Of a DNA stretch of 64,000 bases, positions 1-13,802 are shown piece by piece. The notes under the pieces are model-generated. The model had not been told where the DNA came from. It saw only the letters and a list, made by a program, of their open reading frames with translations, and ran no database searches. This DNA comes from Selaginella moellendorffii (lineage: Eukaryota > Plantae > Lycopodiophyta): assembly GCF_000143415.4 (NCBI RefSeq), contig NW_003314271.1, forward strand, positions 372,001-436,000, written 5' to 3'. A program made the translations under genes and the position numbers. Numbering within the stretch: the stretch's first letter is position 1; every line of letters begins with the position of its first letter.

Positions 1-2133
1 TGCCTTGCCTTGCGATGATACATGAGCCAGCTGACAAACAACCTCGTTCGTCTTCTCAGCCTGCGCAAAACACCAAGCACGAGAGATAAGCGCTTGCTAA
101 TCTTTACAAAAGCGCTAGTGAAACGAAACAAAACAAAACAAATCTGGAGGAATCAAAACATACCCTGGGGAGCAACTCTCGTGTCGTCGATTCTAGTGGT
201 ACCATTGCATCGCCCAGTAAAGTCAATGCATTTTGAAGCGCTGGAATGTCAACCTGGTATAAAAGGTAGCACTTTTAAGAGCCAAGAAAGGAAAGCAGCT
301 CCTTTACCTTTGCTCCGCCAGTAACCGGAACTTTCAAGGTTGCAGCTTCCAAGGCTGCAATGAATCCAGACAGAGCAATCGCATGCTCGGGCTCTAGCTC
401 TTCCCATTCGTCCAAATGCTCACCCTGCAAAACAAGAGCTTCAGAAATATTTCAAGGCAAGAAGAAAAAGTGTGAAGCCTACATGAGCCGCAATCACCGC
501 ACGAACTTTCAAGTCCTGCTTTGCTTTTTGCAATCTGATGCGCTTCTCCGCTACCCGGCTTTGCAAATCAGAAATTTGCAACGAAGCGTTGTACAACATT
601 CGCTGCGAGCAGCCACAAGGAAAAGCGTTAGCAACAAAAGAAAATCAAAAGTTCGAAGGTTTTCTACTTGGTATGAAGCACACATACTTCTCCAGTGGCC
701 TTCTGAGCGCTCAACGTCGCCTGTGAACGAGCATTCACGTATCGCCACTGCAACCATCGATTGTGGAGAATCCGGAGACACAGTGCCTCGTCCTGTTGAC
801 TCATTGCCCTTCGACCAGTCGAGCTATCATTCCCGAAGTTGAGCATGCACGCCACACTACCCGGACGAACTCCTTGATAAAAACCAGCAGCGACACCACT
901 AGGCAGGGCTCTCGTTCTTGTCGGACTCGGCAAACCTCGCGAAGGAGATGAAACTTTGGAAGGAGACGAAGGTGGCGGCGATGGCTGTGGTGCTACTGTG
1001 GATGAAACAGCACGCACAGGAGAGTATACCCAAGACGGTGCCTGACTCGGCGCTGGAGTACTCGCAGTCGAAGATGGAGCTGAATTGCCGCCGCTGGCAT
1101 TCCCACTCTTGTTTGATCTTCGGTTGCTCGTCTTGGATCCCAGAAACTCTCCTTCGGGCATCGATGATCTCAGCTGGTTCACGTCCGAGAGCCTTCGAAT
1201 CCTACTCCCCAAGTCTTGCCAGAACCTCGCCGGCACCACAGTTCCTCTCGCGGCCTTGCTCGGCCTAGAGGAGCTCTTCTCGCTGTCGACAGAGCTCCTC
1301 TGAGAATCCAAAGAACTCTTGACGCTGTCGCCAGCGTCCGAGTCGCAGCTTGCCAGATCCGCGTCGTCCGGAACGCTTCTCACGCACCTTGTATCGATCT
1401 TAGTCTCGTCGCCCAGAGAAGAGGAATCCGCCGGCTTGGATGGTTTCTTCGTCGGCTCTAGGAGCTTCCCTGTGAGCTGATTGAAGCTCCGCGCTGGAAC
1501 GAGGTAGCGATTCCCTTTGGTCCCTATGCTCGACGCTCGACCCATGCTTAGATCCAAGCTCCGGCTGATGGATTTCCCATTCGCCGTCCCGCTCCATCTC
1601 TGCGATTCGAGCTTGCCGCCGCCCACATTCTCGATCGGCCTGGCATTCTCCGCTTGATCCGCGCCCTGGCGGCTCCTCTTCCTCTCCGGCGTTGCCACGC
1701 GGGGCCGATTTGCCGCGGGCTTGAGGGCGTGATCAATCTTCGCCTTGTCATCGCAGAGAATCGCGCCCTGGGAGCTCCCTGTGACGATATTCTGGCAGGA
1801 AGACCACACCTCCTTGGCAGCACCGCGCTTGTCATCGCCATTGCGCTTGCGCTCGGCCGAGATGGCGCGCTTGGGAGGAAGATCGAGAGGAGCTGGAGCG
1901 GCAGGAGCGTCGCCAAGGCGGCCGACATTTGGGGATGGAAATCTGCGAACCGTTGGAGGAGGAGGGGGAGGAGGAGGCGCTGCCGCCGCTACTCCTCCTC
2001 CCGATCCAGCGATCTTGTACCTGGATGAGACTTCCCTATTCCGCGGCTTTCTTGACACGCCCACATTGCTCTTCTCTGCGAGCGCCAAAGGATCTCTCTC
2101 ATTTTCCAGCTCCAGCGTGGCCGCAACCATCAT
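1..2133 (-). CDS. QWRF-motif / AUGMIN8-like microtubule-associated protein; multi-exon, 3' end runs off the window
   Basis: ORF 664..2166 has N-terminal 'REVSSRY', a Ser/Pro-rich body and 'LRILHNRWLQWRYVNAR' (QWRF motif). The likely ATG is at 2133. Further short exons lie between 1 and 600. Confidence 0.85.
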
Positions 2134-2707
2134 CGCTGTGCCATGCCCGCCCGGAAGAAGAACCACAAGAGGCAGAAAACCCTAGAGCTGCCGACCTAAA
2201 ACCCCTGCGATTCTTGCGACGAATTGGAGATCTGGAGCGCTGCGCGGATCCAGATCCATGTTCTTGGTCTGCAAGCGATGGCACGCCGCCGCCGCCCTAG
2301 AGCGATCCATCGCTGCTCCTCCCGCGTGCATGCTCCCTCCAAATCCACATTCATATGTGGTGCAGCCGTCCGATGGGTGCATCCGAGAGCGGCAGGGCCG
2401 CCACGTGGGAAGAGCCCAACGTTCAGCCGACGAATCAAGCGAGACCGTTGGATGGAGCCACGTTTAAACGGCATCACATTGGCCGTTGGATGCCCCCACA
2501 CTCTACGTGCTTTTGAAAAATAGAAGAGTATCTCAACTTCATGTGTGCACGACAGGGATATTTGAAATCTAAAGAATATTCTAACAAAGTCTTACAGAAA
2601 TTACATTTTTATAACTTGCTTTATTATAAAAACAAAAGGAGTGGGCTTTTAGTATTAACAACACTCACTTTAACATGGAAAAAAAAAGGATAAAAATAAA
2701 AATAAAA

Positions 2708-5700
2708 TTACAGTCGAGTAGAAGGCCTTCGCCTAGCGGTATCAGTCCTGGATTTCTTCCTGGGATGGTGAATCGTTCCATCGTTTCCTCCATCCCTGTG
2801 AGCTACTACTACTGGTGGCGATGGCGAGGACGACGATAGCATCACGCTGTAAACTTTGCGAGCTCGAGCCCAGCTAAGCGGCCCGCCATCGTCTACCATG
2901 CTCTTGATCCCTCCTTTACTGCTCGAATCTCTCCTGGCGCTGATAGTAGTGCTGCTGCTGCCTTGATCTACGCTCGCTTGACCCCTCTTTCGCTTGTTTG
3001 AAACTTTGATCCGCGGCTTTCTCCGGCTGTTCCTCTTCCTCTTGCAAATCACTAGATCAGCTGGGTGAGTAACTTGGTCCTGTCTATCTCTATCACCTGG
3101 CCTCGTCTTCTTTCTACTGCTGCTATCCTTGCCTCTACTAACGCTACCTGTTCCCTCGTCCTCTTTTTCCTGCTGTGGTGGTGGTGCTGCTGCTGGCGTT
3201 AATCTGCCGGCCTCTGCGAATACCTGTCGTTGCTTGCGAGATGATCTCGAGCCGCTCATGCGGATGCCGATGTTGATCTTTATGGAGTTGAAGTCCACGT
3301 CTGGAAACATCAAGCCCATCCTTTGGAAGAAGAGTGAATGCAGTCGTCGAGCATCTGCCTGCACCTGAGACGAGGAAAATGAGACGAGATTTACAAGTTT
3401 CTTCCTGAAAGATTACGAGAAACCAACCTCGGCGTTGTGTGTGTTGTAGCGGGAGGCGTTGTCCAGCATGAGCTGCACGTCACCCGCGAAATCCAGCACC
3501 GTAGCATAATCGAAGCGCTCCAGGTGCTCTTCGATCGTTTTTGCGTCAATCGGCTTGTCGATGACTTTGTAGTAGTCTGGAAGCTCGTGCCGCTTGGGAA
3601 GCTCCATTAACAAAGCGGATACCTGTCGCCCGTCCTTGTTCATTGCACCTTGCAGCTTGCTCAAGACAGCTTTGCACTGCAGACAAAAACACAAAGGCTC
3701 TTAGAAAAAATGCGAAGGAGAAAAGAAGTGAAAACGCACCTTCTTCTGGACGTTGTCCTGCATTCTTGCACCTCCTCTAACAGTCCGAGTTTCTTTCATC
3801 TCAGCGACGGCGACTTCTTCTGCCAGCTCTTGGAATCCATTGACTCTTACCTGCTTTGATGCTGCTTGCGAGCTCCAATTAGCAAAGCCAGTGTGAATGA
3901 ACGTTGCTGGCCTAGGCGTGATGCTCCATACATCAGGACGTTCATATTCGCTGTATCCCGGCCACGTTTGCAGAAAGCCAACAGGAAATACACCTTGAAC
4001 AGGTACATTTCCCGCTCCAACGCCAACCTTGCGCCGGTGACGGGCACTTCGCTTGCGTTTTCTTCGTGGCTCCACAATCTGGTCTTCGTCTGGATCCTTT
4101 TCGGAAGGACTATCTCCGGGAGAGTCACCCGAGGCCGCGATTTCACCTTCTTCCAAATCCTCGCCATCCTGAATAACGAGAAAACATTAGTTCATATGCA
4201 AAACATATGCAAAAATAAAGAACAAAATCTCTACTTACAAGATCTTGGTTAGATCTGCTTCCCAACGCCGCCAGCGATCCAAACTTTTTGGAGTCTACCA
4301 CTTGTAATTCAACTCGTGGTTCTGGGCTTCCTTCTCTTTCGTCAGACGATTCTGCCACAGCTTCTGCCTCGTCATCCATCTCATCAACATCATCCTGTTG
4401 CTGCCGCCCAGTATCGTCTTCCTCCTCATCAGAGCCGTCCCTTATTTCACCTTCTTCCTCATCTTCTCCGGATGAAGACTCTTCCTCTACAACAACTTCT
4501 TCGAGATCTTCGTCGTCCTCTATTTCTGTAGGCGGAACCTTCACCTCAAATGGAGGTCGACCTCGTCTTGCCGGCTTGAGTCCCTTGTGATCGTGTATCA
4601 CAGTGAAGTTCTTTCTTGACAACGCCTTCTTCGCCAGTATTCTATCTTCCTCTGCCTTCGTTCCTATAATACCTGACATACCTGAAAATCCCTTCACTAA
4701 TGCCTGCTTGGACGTAGCTTTGATAGCTGCATTCACCTCGTCCGAGCCAACGTGAAGCCACTCCGGGACCTCGTCGTATGCAACCATTTCACCAGGCCAG
4801 TCACATTCTTCGTCCATTTGATCGAAAAGCTCGACTTCTTCTTCACTCCTGGCAATCATCCTGTTCACTTCTTTCAACGTTGGAACATCGTGAACCGACT
4901 CCTGATATCTCTCCTCGTCATGCAAGAGCGCTTCCAACGTCATGCGACGCTCTTCGTGTGTAGTCCTCTGATCGAAACGGCCCGCATTGATCACTTCATC
5001 GGCCATATCTATCTTGTGCTGCTGAATATTATTCCGGACAAGGCTTTCTACGGACCCCATGTATCTATCCTTCCCCGCCATATCATCGTCAACGTCCAGG
5101 GAACCTCCATTTCGGAGCTCGTCCTCCATTTGATAGCTGGTGAACGACTCCACAACAGCTTCCATGTATATCACCTTCACCTCTGACTTCTGTCCAATAC
5201 GATGAGCTCGTGCTACAGCCTGCTCCTCGTTCTTTGGATTTGGATCAGGATCGTATATAACCACTGTATCTGCTGTCTGGAGATTCAAACCACGACCTGC
5301 TGCCCGGATGCTGAGCAAAAAGATGAAGCACTGGGAACCAGGCGCATTGAAGTCCACAATAGCAGTTTCTCGGGAGTCCAGAGGGGTTGTCCCATCAATT
5401 CGTCGATATATCAGACCACGCCACTGTAGGTAATCCTCCAGGATATCTAGCAACTTCGTCATTGTGCTGAAGAGTAAAACCCGGTGGCCCGACCTCTGTA
5501 GCTTGATCAATATCCTATCAAGTATCCAAAGTTTCCCACACATCCGAACCATGTTCTCGTTGAAGAGTCGACAGTGTGGAGGATAATTAAGATAAGGATG
5601 GTTGCACACTTTTCTCAGCTCCATGCACTTGTTCTGTAACGGAGCATAAGCCCTGGCCTGTCGCTTGCCATTGCCACTGGCCACCCTTTCTTCCTCATCG

Positions 5701-8700
5701 GCTGGATCCAGACGAATAGTACCAGTTGCCTTCACCCAGTCGTATATTGCTGCTTGAAAAGATGACATTTTACACTTCAAAACAACAGGGACCTGGAAAT
5801 GTGTTGATATGAAGTAAAAGAAAAGGAAAAGACATTTTAAAGACTTACCTTGGGCGGAAGAGACCCCTCGACATCTTCAACCCGCCGTCTAAGCATAAAG
5901 GGCTCAAGTATTTGATGCAGCCGGTGAATAACGATGACTTTCTTTTCCGTTTCAAGCCAATCATCCTCAAGTGTATTGGCATCTCTTTGGAATGGCTTTG
6001 AGAACCAGTCGTGAAAAGCTTTACTGTTGTCAAAGACTTCAGGAAGGAGTAGATTTAAAAGCGACCACAGCTCATGTAGATCGTTCTGACATACAACCAA
6101 AAAAATAACTTAAGTATTTAGATAGTATAAAAACCAATACTCTTACTTGCAGAGGGGTGCCGGTTAGAAGCAGCCGCCTTTGACAGCGAAAACGATCCAA
6201 GTCACGAGCAAGACGGGACTCTCGATCTTTCATACGCTGAGCCTCGTCTATAATAATATACTTCCAATCAACTTTTGCTAGTTTTGATCTGTCGCGCATT
6301 ATAAACTCGTACGTAGTAACTAGAACATTGAACTTCAATGCAGCAACTTCCTGTGCAGGGCAAATCTATCAGCCAAAAAAATTTTATGACTTAAGCAAAC
6401 GGCACCTGTGAGTAAATCCTAGAGCGGTCTTCTCTTACACCAACATAAAATATGGAGCTCACGGAAGGCAACCATCGGAGCAGCTCACTCTAAAACATGA
6501 AACCTTTTCAAGTTTGAAAACCAGCCACAAGAATGAGTACCTTCCAGTTCACTATGACTGCGTTGGGAACAATAATAAGATGTGGTCCGTAATTTCCTTT
6601 GAACTCCATCAAGTATGCAATGAGCGCCATAACCTGGACGAAAACATCTCAGACAAGCCCGGACCTCAAAATACAAAGCTAACCTGTACAGTCTTTCCCA
6701 ATCCCATTTCATCGGCAAGGATACCATTTAGTCTGTTATTGTACAAAGAAAGCATCCATTGAAGACCGACCTGCAAAAACGATCAGCGAAAGAGAAACTT
6801 ACATGGACCAGCACTCACCAGCTGATAGTCACGTAATATTCCCGCCCGAAGCATTGACGGCTGCCTCAATATTTGCTCGTTCACTGCATGAGCCAGAGTA
6901 TAGTACCTACAACAAGGACACAAGCATCAAGCATACAGACGAATGAAAAACCAAAAAGACTCAATCCTTACTTATTTACAGAATTGGATGTAGCACAGTT
7001 CCAGCTCCTCAATGCTACAGCTTCACTCGCTTGAGCGGCAGCACGTTCAACTTCCTCTTCGGAAAACCCCTGCACAAAATTACAAAATATGTTAAATACC
7101 AGCATTCCATGGTAGCTTTCGTGAACGTACTTGAGATCGCGCAGAAGCAGCAGCAGCTAATGCAGCTTCTTCTCTTTCCTGCTGAGTCTTGACAGACGAT
7201 ATCTTTCCTCCAAGCTTGTGAAGATAATCTTCTGTTTGAGACAAGAAAGATTCCAGGACCTCAAATCGCTGCTGAGCATCACCGGGAATTTCTTTCTGCT
7301 GCTTTATCAACATCGCCCTGTATGCATCGACGTCGTTGTTCTTTAAAGCTTCCATTCTCTTACTGCGATCTTCGTCTTTCCTTTTCGAGAACTCTCGTAG
7401 AAGTTTCTCGTGGAACTTTGCAATACCTCGGTTACGGTTGATACGAGAATCCCGAGCAGACCAATGTGCTTCAAGGAGCTTCTTCCGCCACTGAAATATG
7501 CCCTTGAGATACTTTTCCTTGCTTGTCTTTTGCAGCACCATAACTTGTCTTGAAATCTCCATCCTCTGACGCTCACATAGACGAACAAATTTCCGGTAAG
7601 CTCTATCACCCATGGCCATGATCTCCTGTTGCTGTTCCTCGATTTCATTTCTAACCTTCCCTTGCATCTTGAGAAGCACTAACTTCCTCTGCTCGATCCG
7701 TAGCTTCAGCTTGAGTTCAGAAGGTACGTTCAAGTTACCATCCGACAGTAGCATTTCAATGACTTTGAGCTTCTTAGCCTTCTTCTTGCCAATTATTCTT
7801 AACCCCTCCTGAAGTAGAAGCTCCCGGACGTCGTATTTCAGGGACGCTGGCGGTCCCCAAACATTCGGAGTAGGAAGCAAACTGGCCTCCGGTTTCTTAC
7901 CAAGAGGAGGGAAGTCGAATAAAGGACCACGGTAACGCTTGCTTGCCGGCGTTTTGCTAGGTAGCCGAGAAGTGTTTGATTGCTGAGTTGAAAGATCGAT
8001 CCCATTGTTTTCATTCGAATCCGCCTGCTTCTCGTCCTCGACCACAGACTTAGTTGGCACCACCTCTTGGACACTTTTGACAGCTTCACTCTGTGAGGAC
8101 GCTTGCTGCATTCCTGAGCCCTTCAAACTTTGTTCTAATTCTGAGCCACCATCTTGAGTTTTAACTGGAGATTCACGATGCGATTTTTCGTCAGCAGTTT
8201 CGTTCAAGACCTTCGGCTGGCTGGTTTCGGGTGGAGGCAACGCCAATGCCCCTTGTTTCTGTGGCGGGACTCCTAAAGGAGTCGGAGTTATAGCACGGAT
8301 CATGTCTGATGTGAAGGAACGATCGCCACGCTGAAGTTACAAAACAAAAAATTAAGTTTTGCGCGAGAAGGTAAGACAGATACGCGTACCTTTAAGCGAC
8401 GGAAAGCTAGGATTTGGGCGCGCAGTACCATCAACTGCTGGATAGTGAAGCCAACAGCCTTCACAGCCGGTTGAGCATGCTGAGAAGAAGAATCATTTGC
8501 AGGGGCTGGTGCTGGAGCTGGAGCTGGAGCTGGGGGTTGCTGCTGCAAATGCTGTGACGCGACCATGGAAACAGGGGTTTGGTTTTCCAGGAGAGCTCTG
8601 GGATTGAACTGGTGCTGTTGTCTCGGATGCATCGGAAATACCGGCGAAGAGCTGTTGTTCATGTCCGGTTTTGTCAGTCCATTTCCTAGAGTGGAGGACA

Positions 8701-9665
8701 GTTGTTGCTGCTGATGCTGCTGAGGAAATCCTCCACGAAGATTGGGGAGCAAGTCACTGGCATGCCCGAAACCAGCAACGTTGGAAGGTGGCGGCTGCGG
8801 CTCTTGTTGGTCCGAAGAAGCTGGAGAGATCATCTGCGACCCCAGTCTCAAATGCGGAGTCTCGCTGGCAAGCTTTTGTTGCTGCTGCTGCTGCTGCTGC
8901 TGCATGGCGAGCATGCGAGCTTGGAGCATCTCCGGCGACATGAACTGCTGAGGAGAATTGTTCCGGGGATTGGCATCTCCAGTCCTCGGCTGGACCGGCG
9001 AAGAGCCCACCAAGCTCTGTGGATTCTGTCCGAAAAGAAAAGCCATGGAGCTGGGAACTCGCTGTTGTTGGAGTCCTTGATTCTGGTTCCCAGGTGGAGA
9101 AGTTTGCTGTGGCTTGGCAGCGGCATCACTACGAGACATCTGCTGGTGCTGCTGGGATAGAGCACGATCCTGCGCAGCAGCCATGGCAGATTGGAGCTGC
9201 ATAAACTCCTGGAGCTTCATATTGTTTGATCCAGGCGCCGCCTTGCTTCCTTGCTGCTGGATAGCCCTCTGCGCGAGATGTAGCGCATGCTGGAGATAGA
9301 GATGGGATTGGAGCTGCCCATCCACGGCTGCCTGCTGGAAGAAAAAAAAACCACACCACATTGTAAATCACCGCTCTTCTGAAATCCTCTCTCCAAAGAA
9401 GCTTTCTCCTGCCAAAAAAGCTTGGAAATACCTGGCCCTGGTGCTGGAGGAGATGCGTCTGCGGCCACGCCGGGAGCGATCCAAATGGAAGACCCGCGCT
9501 GCCGGAGACGCTAGCAGCGGAGGAAACCGACGGATCGACCTCGGAATTCGGCGCTGCCGGAGAGGCGGAGCCGCGAGCCCGGAGCGACGCCGCTCCGCCA
9601 AGGACGCCATGGCCATGGCCGGGCGGAGGAGGAGCTGGAATCTGCTGCTGTGGCTTCTGCATCAT
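2708..9665 (-). CDS. BRM: BRAHMA-type SWI/SNF chromatin-remodelling ATPase (multi-exon)
   Basis: Gln-rich N-terminus, QLQ '[20 protein letters not shown]', HSA-like region, SNF2 '[20 protein letters not shown]' and 'LLLTGTPLQ', helicase C '[19 protein letters not shown]', bromodomain '[14 protein letters not shown]'. Confidence 0.95.
8876..8903 (-). repeat. (CAG)n polyglutamine tract in BRM
   Basis: tgctgctgc... run translating as [11 protein letters not shown] on the minus strand. Confidence 0.8.
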
Positions 9666-10301
9666 ACCCTAGCCAGCGGAAATATTTCCACCGATCCTCG
9701 CCTTCCTCGTGTTCCTCGGCCTCTTGCGCCTTGTTCTTCCCAGGATTTCGCTGTCTCCACGGCACGATCCGGGCGATTTGTTCGTTGGAGAAGAGACGCT
9801 GACTGCTCGGCTGCGGAATCTAGAAATCCAGCTCTCTAGCTCTAGCTGCCGCTGTAAGAAACTCTGCCCACTGCGCGATTCTTCCAAGAAAGAATGCGGC
9901 CTCGAAGAATTCGTGAGAAGAAATTCTTTGTTTTTTTCCCCTCTTTGCTGTGATCTGTCGTCCGGCACTGATCTAAACAACTAGACGCGTCACATTGCTG
10001 CTGCCACGGTGGGCTCCGCATCCGGCGATCCCGCTTTCTCCGCCATCGCTACTAACCCTAGCCATGCTTTGCTCGTCACTGTAAATGCCCGTCAATGTCT
10101 CGCGTCACAGATATTCCACGAATCTTTCTCGTTCTGTGTTGCCCTCGTTCCAACCAAGCGTACTGCCGCCGACCGAGCTCTTTCTTCTTTTTCCATTCTA
10201 TTCCTTCGGGCTCGGCTCCTATCACTTAAGAAGTTCGTTCCTTCTTTCTTTCTTCCCGGAGGAGAGATCTGTGATGACGTAGAACTTGGAAATTAAAACA
10301 C

Positions 10302-13300
10302 TCAAGCGATGGCTGTGAAGAAAAAGAGGAGCTTTGACTCACACACACTTACTTCGATTGCCTGTGCCTCTTTTTCTCTCATCCCAAAAACCTGTTTTAA
10401 GTGGATGAGCAGTGGCAAAACGAAGCGAAAGGAGGAGCCTTGACTCACACTTTGATGGCGGCTGTTGCCTCGTCTCCTTTTAGCAGCAAGTGGCACTCTT
10501 GTTGCGACTCGGGCTTTTCTGACGTCCGGATGAGCTCTTTCATCTGTTCCTGGGAGTTGAACACAAAGTGATTAGACTTCGACGAAGCTTACAGGACAAA
10601 GATCTTACTGTGACGCTCGGGATGCTGTAAATGCTGTGATGGACCATGGAAAGTCGCTACCTTTGTTGATCTAGCTCTTAACAGTAGCATGCCCATTCTT
10701 TAAGAACAGACGTTTCTTCACGCCATATCTTACTTTAGCATTCAAATCTGTAAGAAACAAGATGAATCACATTTCCATTAGAACTTTGATTTCTTACCAG
10801 TGATCCTTCTTCCTGCCAATCCAATCGTTCAGAGCTTGCTTTGAAACTTTCAGCCTTCCAAACGTCTCGGGCTTTCTCATTTCCATAAACTGGGGGTCAA
10901 AATCTAAAAAAGATAAAATATAATTAAAAAAAACATTTTATATTCTGCTTACCGACAAACTTTCCCAAGTTAAAAACAGGAAGACCAAGTTGATTCTCCA
11001 ACACTTGCGTCACCACATTCTCGAGAAGGCCTGTAGCATTTTTTGCTTCACTCCGCCTCGAAGGGCCAGTGACAATTATCAAGTCTTCTTCAACTGGCAC
11101 ATCTGTAGCGGGATGTTAAAATCCTGAAAGAAGAAAAGAAAGGAAAACAGCTGCGTATCTGACCGTAGTGCTGTTCTTTCAGAATTCTCAACACCACAAG
11201 AACAGCTGCTCGAGCTTCCCCCTTCAGTAAACAACAAGCAGTTCAGCGATTGAGAAGGGAAGGCTTCCCAGGAATTGTTTTACCTTTGACAGCCCCTGAA
11301 TATCGATTGTGAAGCAATCTCCAGGAACTCTTGTAACTGACACCTTACGCAATATCGATTCTCCATACTCTTTAAAAATTTGATCTCCCGGACCACCCTT
11401 AGACTTGTTTTTAATCATCTCCTCGGCCCAGTCCTCGATCAAAGCCTTAAGCACTCGTTCATTAGGGGCATATCTGGAATCCATAGACTGATTTAGCAGC
11501 AAAAGGATCGTTTAAACTATTTACCCATTTTTCCTCATTTCTTCGTAGATGGCTAGTATCCTTTGAATCTCACGCAGATCTCCATTCCTCCTGGCCCGTA
11601 GCAATGTATTGTATGTGACCTGCACACGGACAGCTAATAGTATTTCTTTATATGATCTATTTAAAAGACCTTACCGAATTTGGTGAGATACCATCGCGTT
11701 TCATAGTTTCGAAAAGGCTTAAAGCCATGGAAACGTCTTGAGAGTTCACGCAAGCCTTGGAGCCAGGAAAAACCAAACCTCATCAGTGAGTGACTAGCTA
11801 CGATGACAGAACACATGTAGGACGAAGCTTATTTTGGATTTGAAGCGGACCTTGATGATGGCTGTGTAGGCGACCACATCAGCTATAATGCCAGACTTTC
11901 CCATTCTTTGAAAAGCCTGCAAAAGTATGTCGACGTGAATACAAAATATGAGAATACAAAGCTTCTTTCTTATACCTGAACAGCCCCTTGTTTGTCACCA
12001 TTGCAGCCATACGAATTAATAAGGATGCACCAGCTTCGCTTATCCGGCCTGAGTCCAGAGCTCACCATCTCCTGCATAACAGCTTCGGCCTGTTTTGGAA
12101 GCTTATCACACGCCCTCATCATCGTGTTATAAGCCACTGAGTCGGGACGGACCCATTCGGAGAAGATCACACTTTCGTCTTGAACTTCAATTCCAGCTAG
12201 TATACGTCCAGAGGTCTTCCATTCTCTAAACAGCTTATGCGCCTTGTCAGACTGGCCGCCGTCGACGCAAGCGCTAAGAAGAAAGTTGTAGGTGAAGGCA
12301 TTTGGAGTACACCCAGCTTGAACCATATCTTGATATACTTGAAGCGTCTTCTCAACCAATGCCCCTTTCGAGCAAGCACCAACAAGTGAAGTCCAAGTGA
12401 CAACATTGGGAACAATACCGGTTGAGTCCATATCACGTTTCATTTGAAATACTCGATCAAGCATTTTGGCCTCACCAAATATCTGTATGAAAAGCTGTTA
12501 CTTACGAAAGACGTAGGGATAAATGACTACCTGGATTAATGTACCATAGCTTAGAACATTCAGCTTGATTTCTTTTGCTTTCAGTTCCTCATACAACCGC
12601 AAAGCAAGTACTGGGTTCTTAGACAGACGACAAGCCTTAAAGACGATGTTGTACGTTGTTACATCCGCTGCAATACCGGAACCCTGCCTCCAGATCAAAA
12701 CAGCGATGAAAAGAGATTCAGTGCCAATCTCTCTACCTGCATCTGTCTGTATAGCCTCAGAACGTGCTGGATGTTTCCTGCGTGAGCATTCATCATGCTG
12801 TTACATACGTATACGTTTAGAACTGTTCCAGCCTTTAACAATCCCTGGAAAAGATATCACAAGTTACTCGAACACTTCAAACTTTTAAATCTCACCTCGA
12901 AAATCGCTGTGGCTTTTTCAGTATCTCCACAACGCCCGCAAGCATCAATCAGTATGCAATACGAGTACATATCTGGAAGAACGCCGGTACTTTCCAGAGC
13001 TTGAAAGACCTGGAACACCGACTGAAGATCTCCCTGGTCTCGAAATTTTTGCATGATCATGTTGCATGAATGCAAGATGTCCGGAAGTAAACAAGCATAC
13101 CTTCAGTCACACAACAATAAACTACTTTTAGAACGACAGAAGAAGAGAGCTAACCTGAGAGCCAAGGCAGTGTTGTGCATTCTAGCACAGGCTTCCATGC
13201 AAAGGGTAGGCTTCACCAAGTTCTTTACGACGAATCCACATTCTTTGGAGAAAAACGAAGTAATGGTTAGAAAAAGCTGGAATGGAAGGAGGAGAACTTA

Positions 13301-13716
13301 CTCGCGAGCCTTTCCAAGCAACGAATGCATTCCTCTACTCTGTTCTCCTGGAGTAGCCGGCCACATTCATCGATAACTAGCTGCAATCCATACCTCCCAA
13401 GATAATCCGATGGAGAAGAAATCCCCATCTCACTCAATGCGCGGCAAAATTCAACCAGATAAGGAAGCCGGCGCTGCTCCAGCACTGACACGCATCCATC
13501 ACGCACGGCGTGGATCCCTACAACTTCCAAAAACGCCCTAGCATCTCCCACAGCGCCATGCTCCAAGCGCTCCTGGACCAATCCTATCATCTCGATCAGC
13601 CTGCCACGCCGAGCCAAGCGCTTGGCTTCCCCGACGTAGAAGAGATTGCTCGTCGCTGCTGGAGCCGACGCCGCTGGATTCGCCGCTCCCCCGAGCCAAG
13701 AATGCGGCAATGCCAT
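10302..13716 (-). CDS. P-class PPR protein with C-terminal SMR domain (resembles Arabidopsis At5g02830 family); 3' end uncertain
   Basis: PPR motifs such as 'GIVPNVVTWTSLVGAC', 'PDSVAYNTMMRAC' and 'PDMYSYCILIDACGRCGD'; 'PNERVLKALIEDWAE'; SMR start 'IDIQGLSK/EARAAVLVVLRILKE'. Many short introns. Confidence 0.8.
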
Positions 13717-13802
13717 AGAAATCTAGGGCTCGAGGGTTTAGGGTTTAAGGGTAAAGGCAATGTCCCAAAATCTAGGGTTCTAGCTCGTGAGAAAGGGGGA
13801 GA
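13717..13802. promoter_or_regulatory. 86-bp spacer between divergent ATGs carrying telo-box motifs
   Basis: 'gagggtttagggtttaaggg' and 'ctagggtt' (AAACCCTA-like on the minus strand) lie between the ATGs at 13716(-) and 13803(+). Confidence 0.6.
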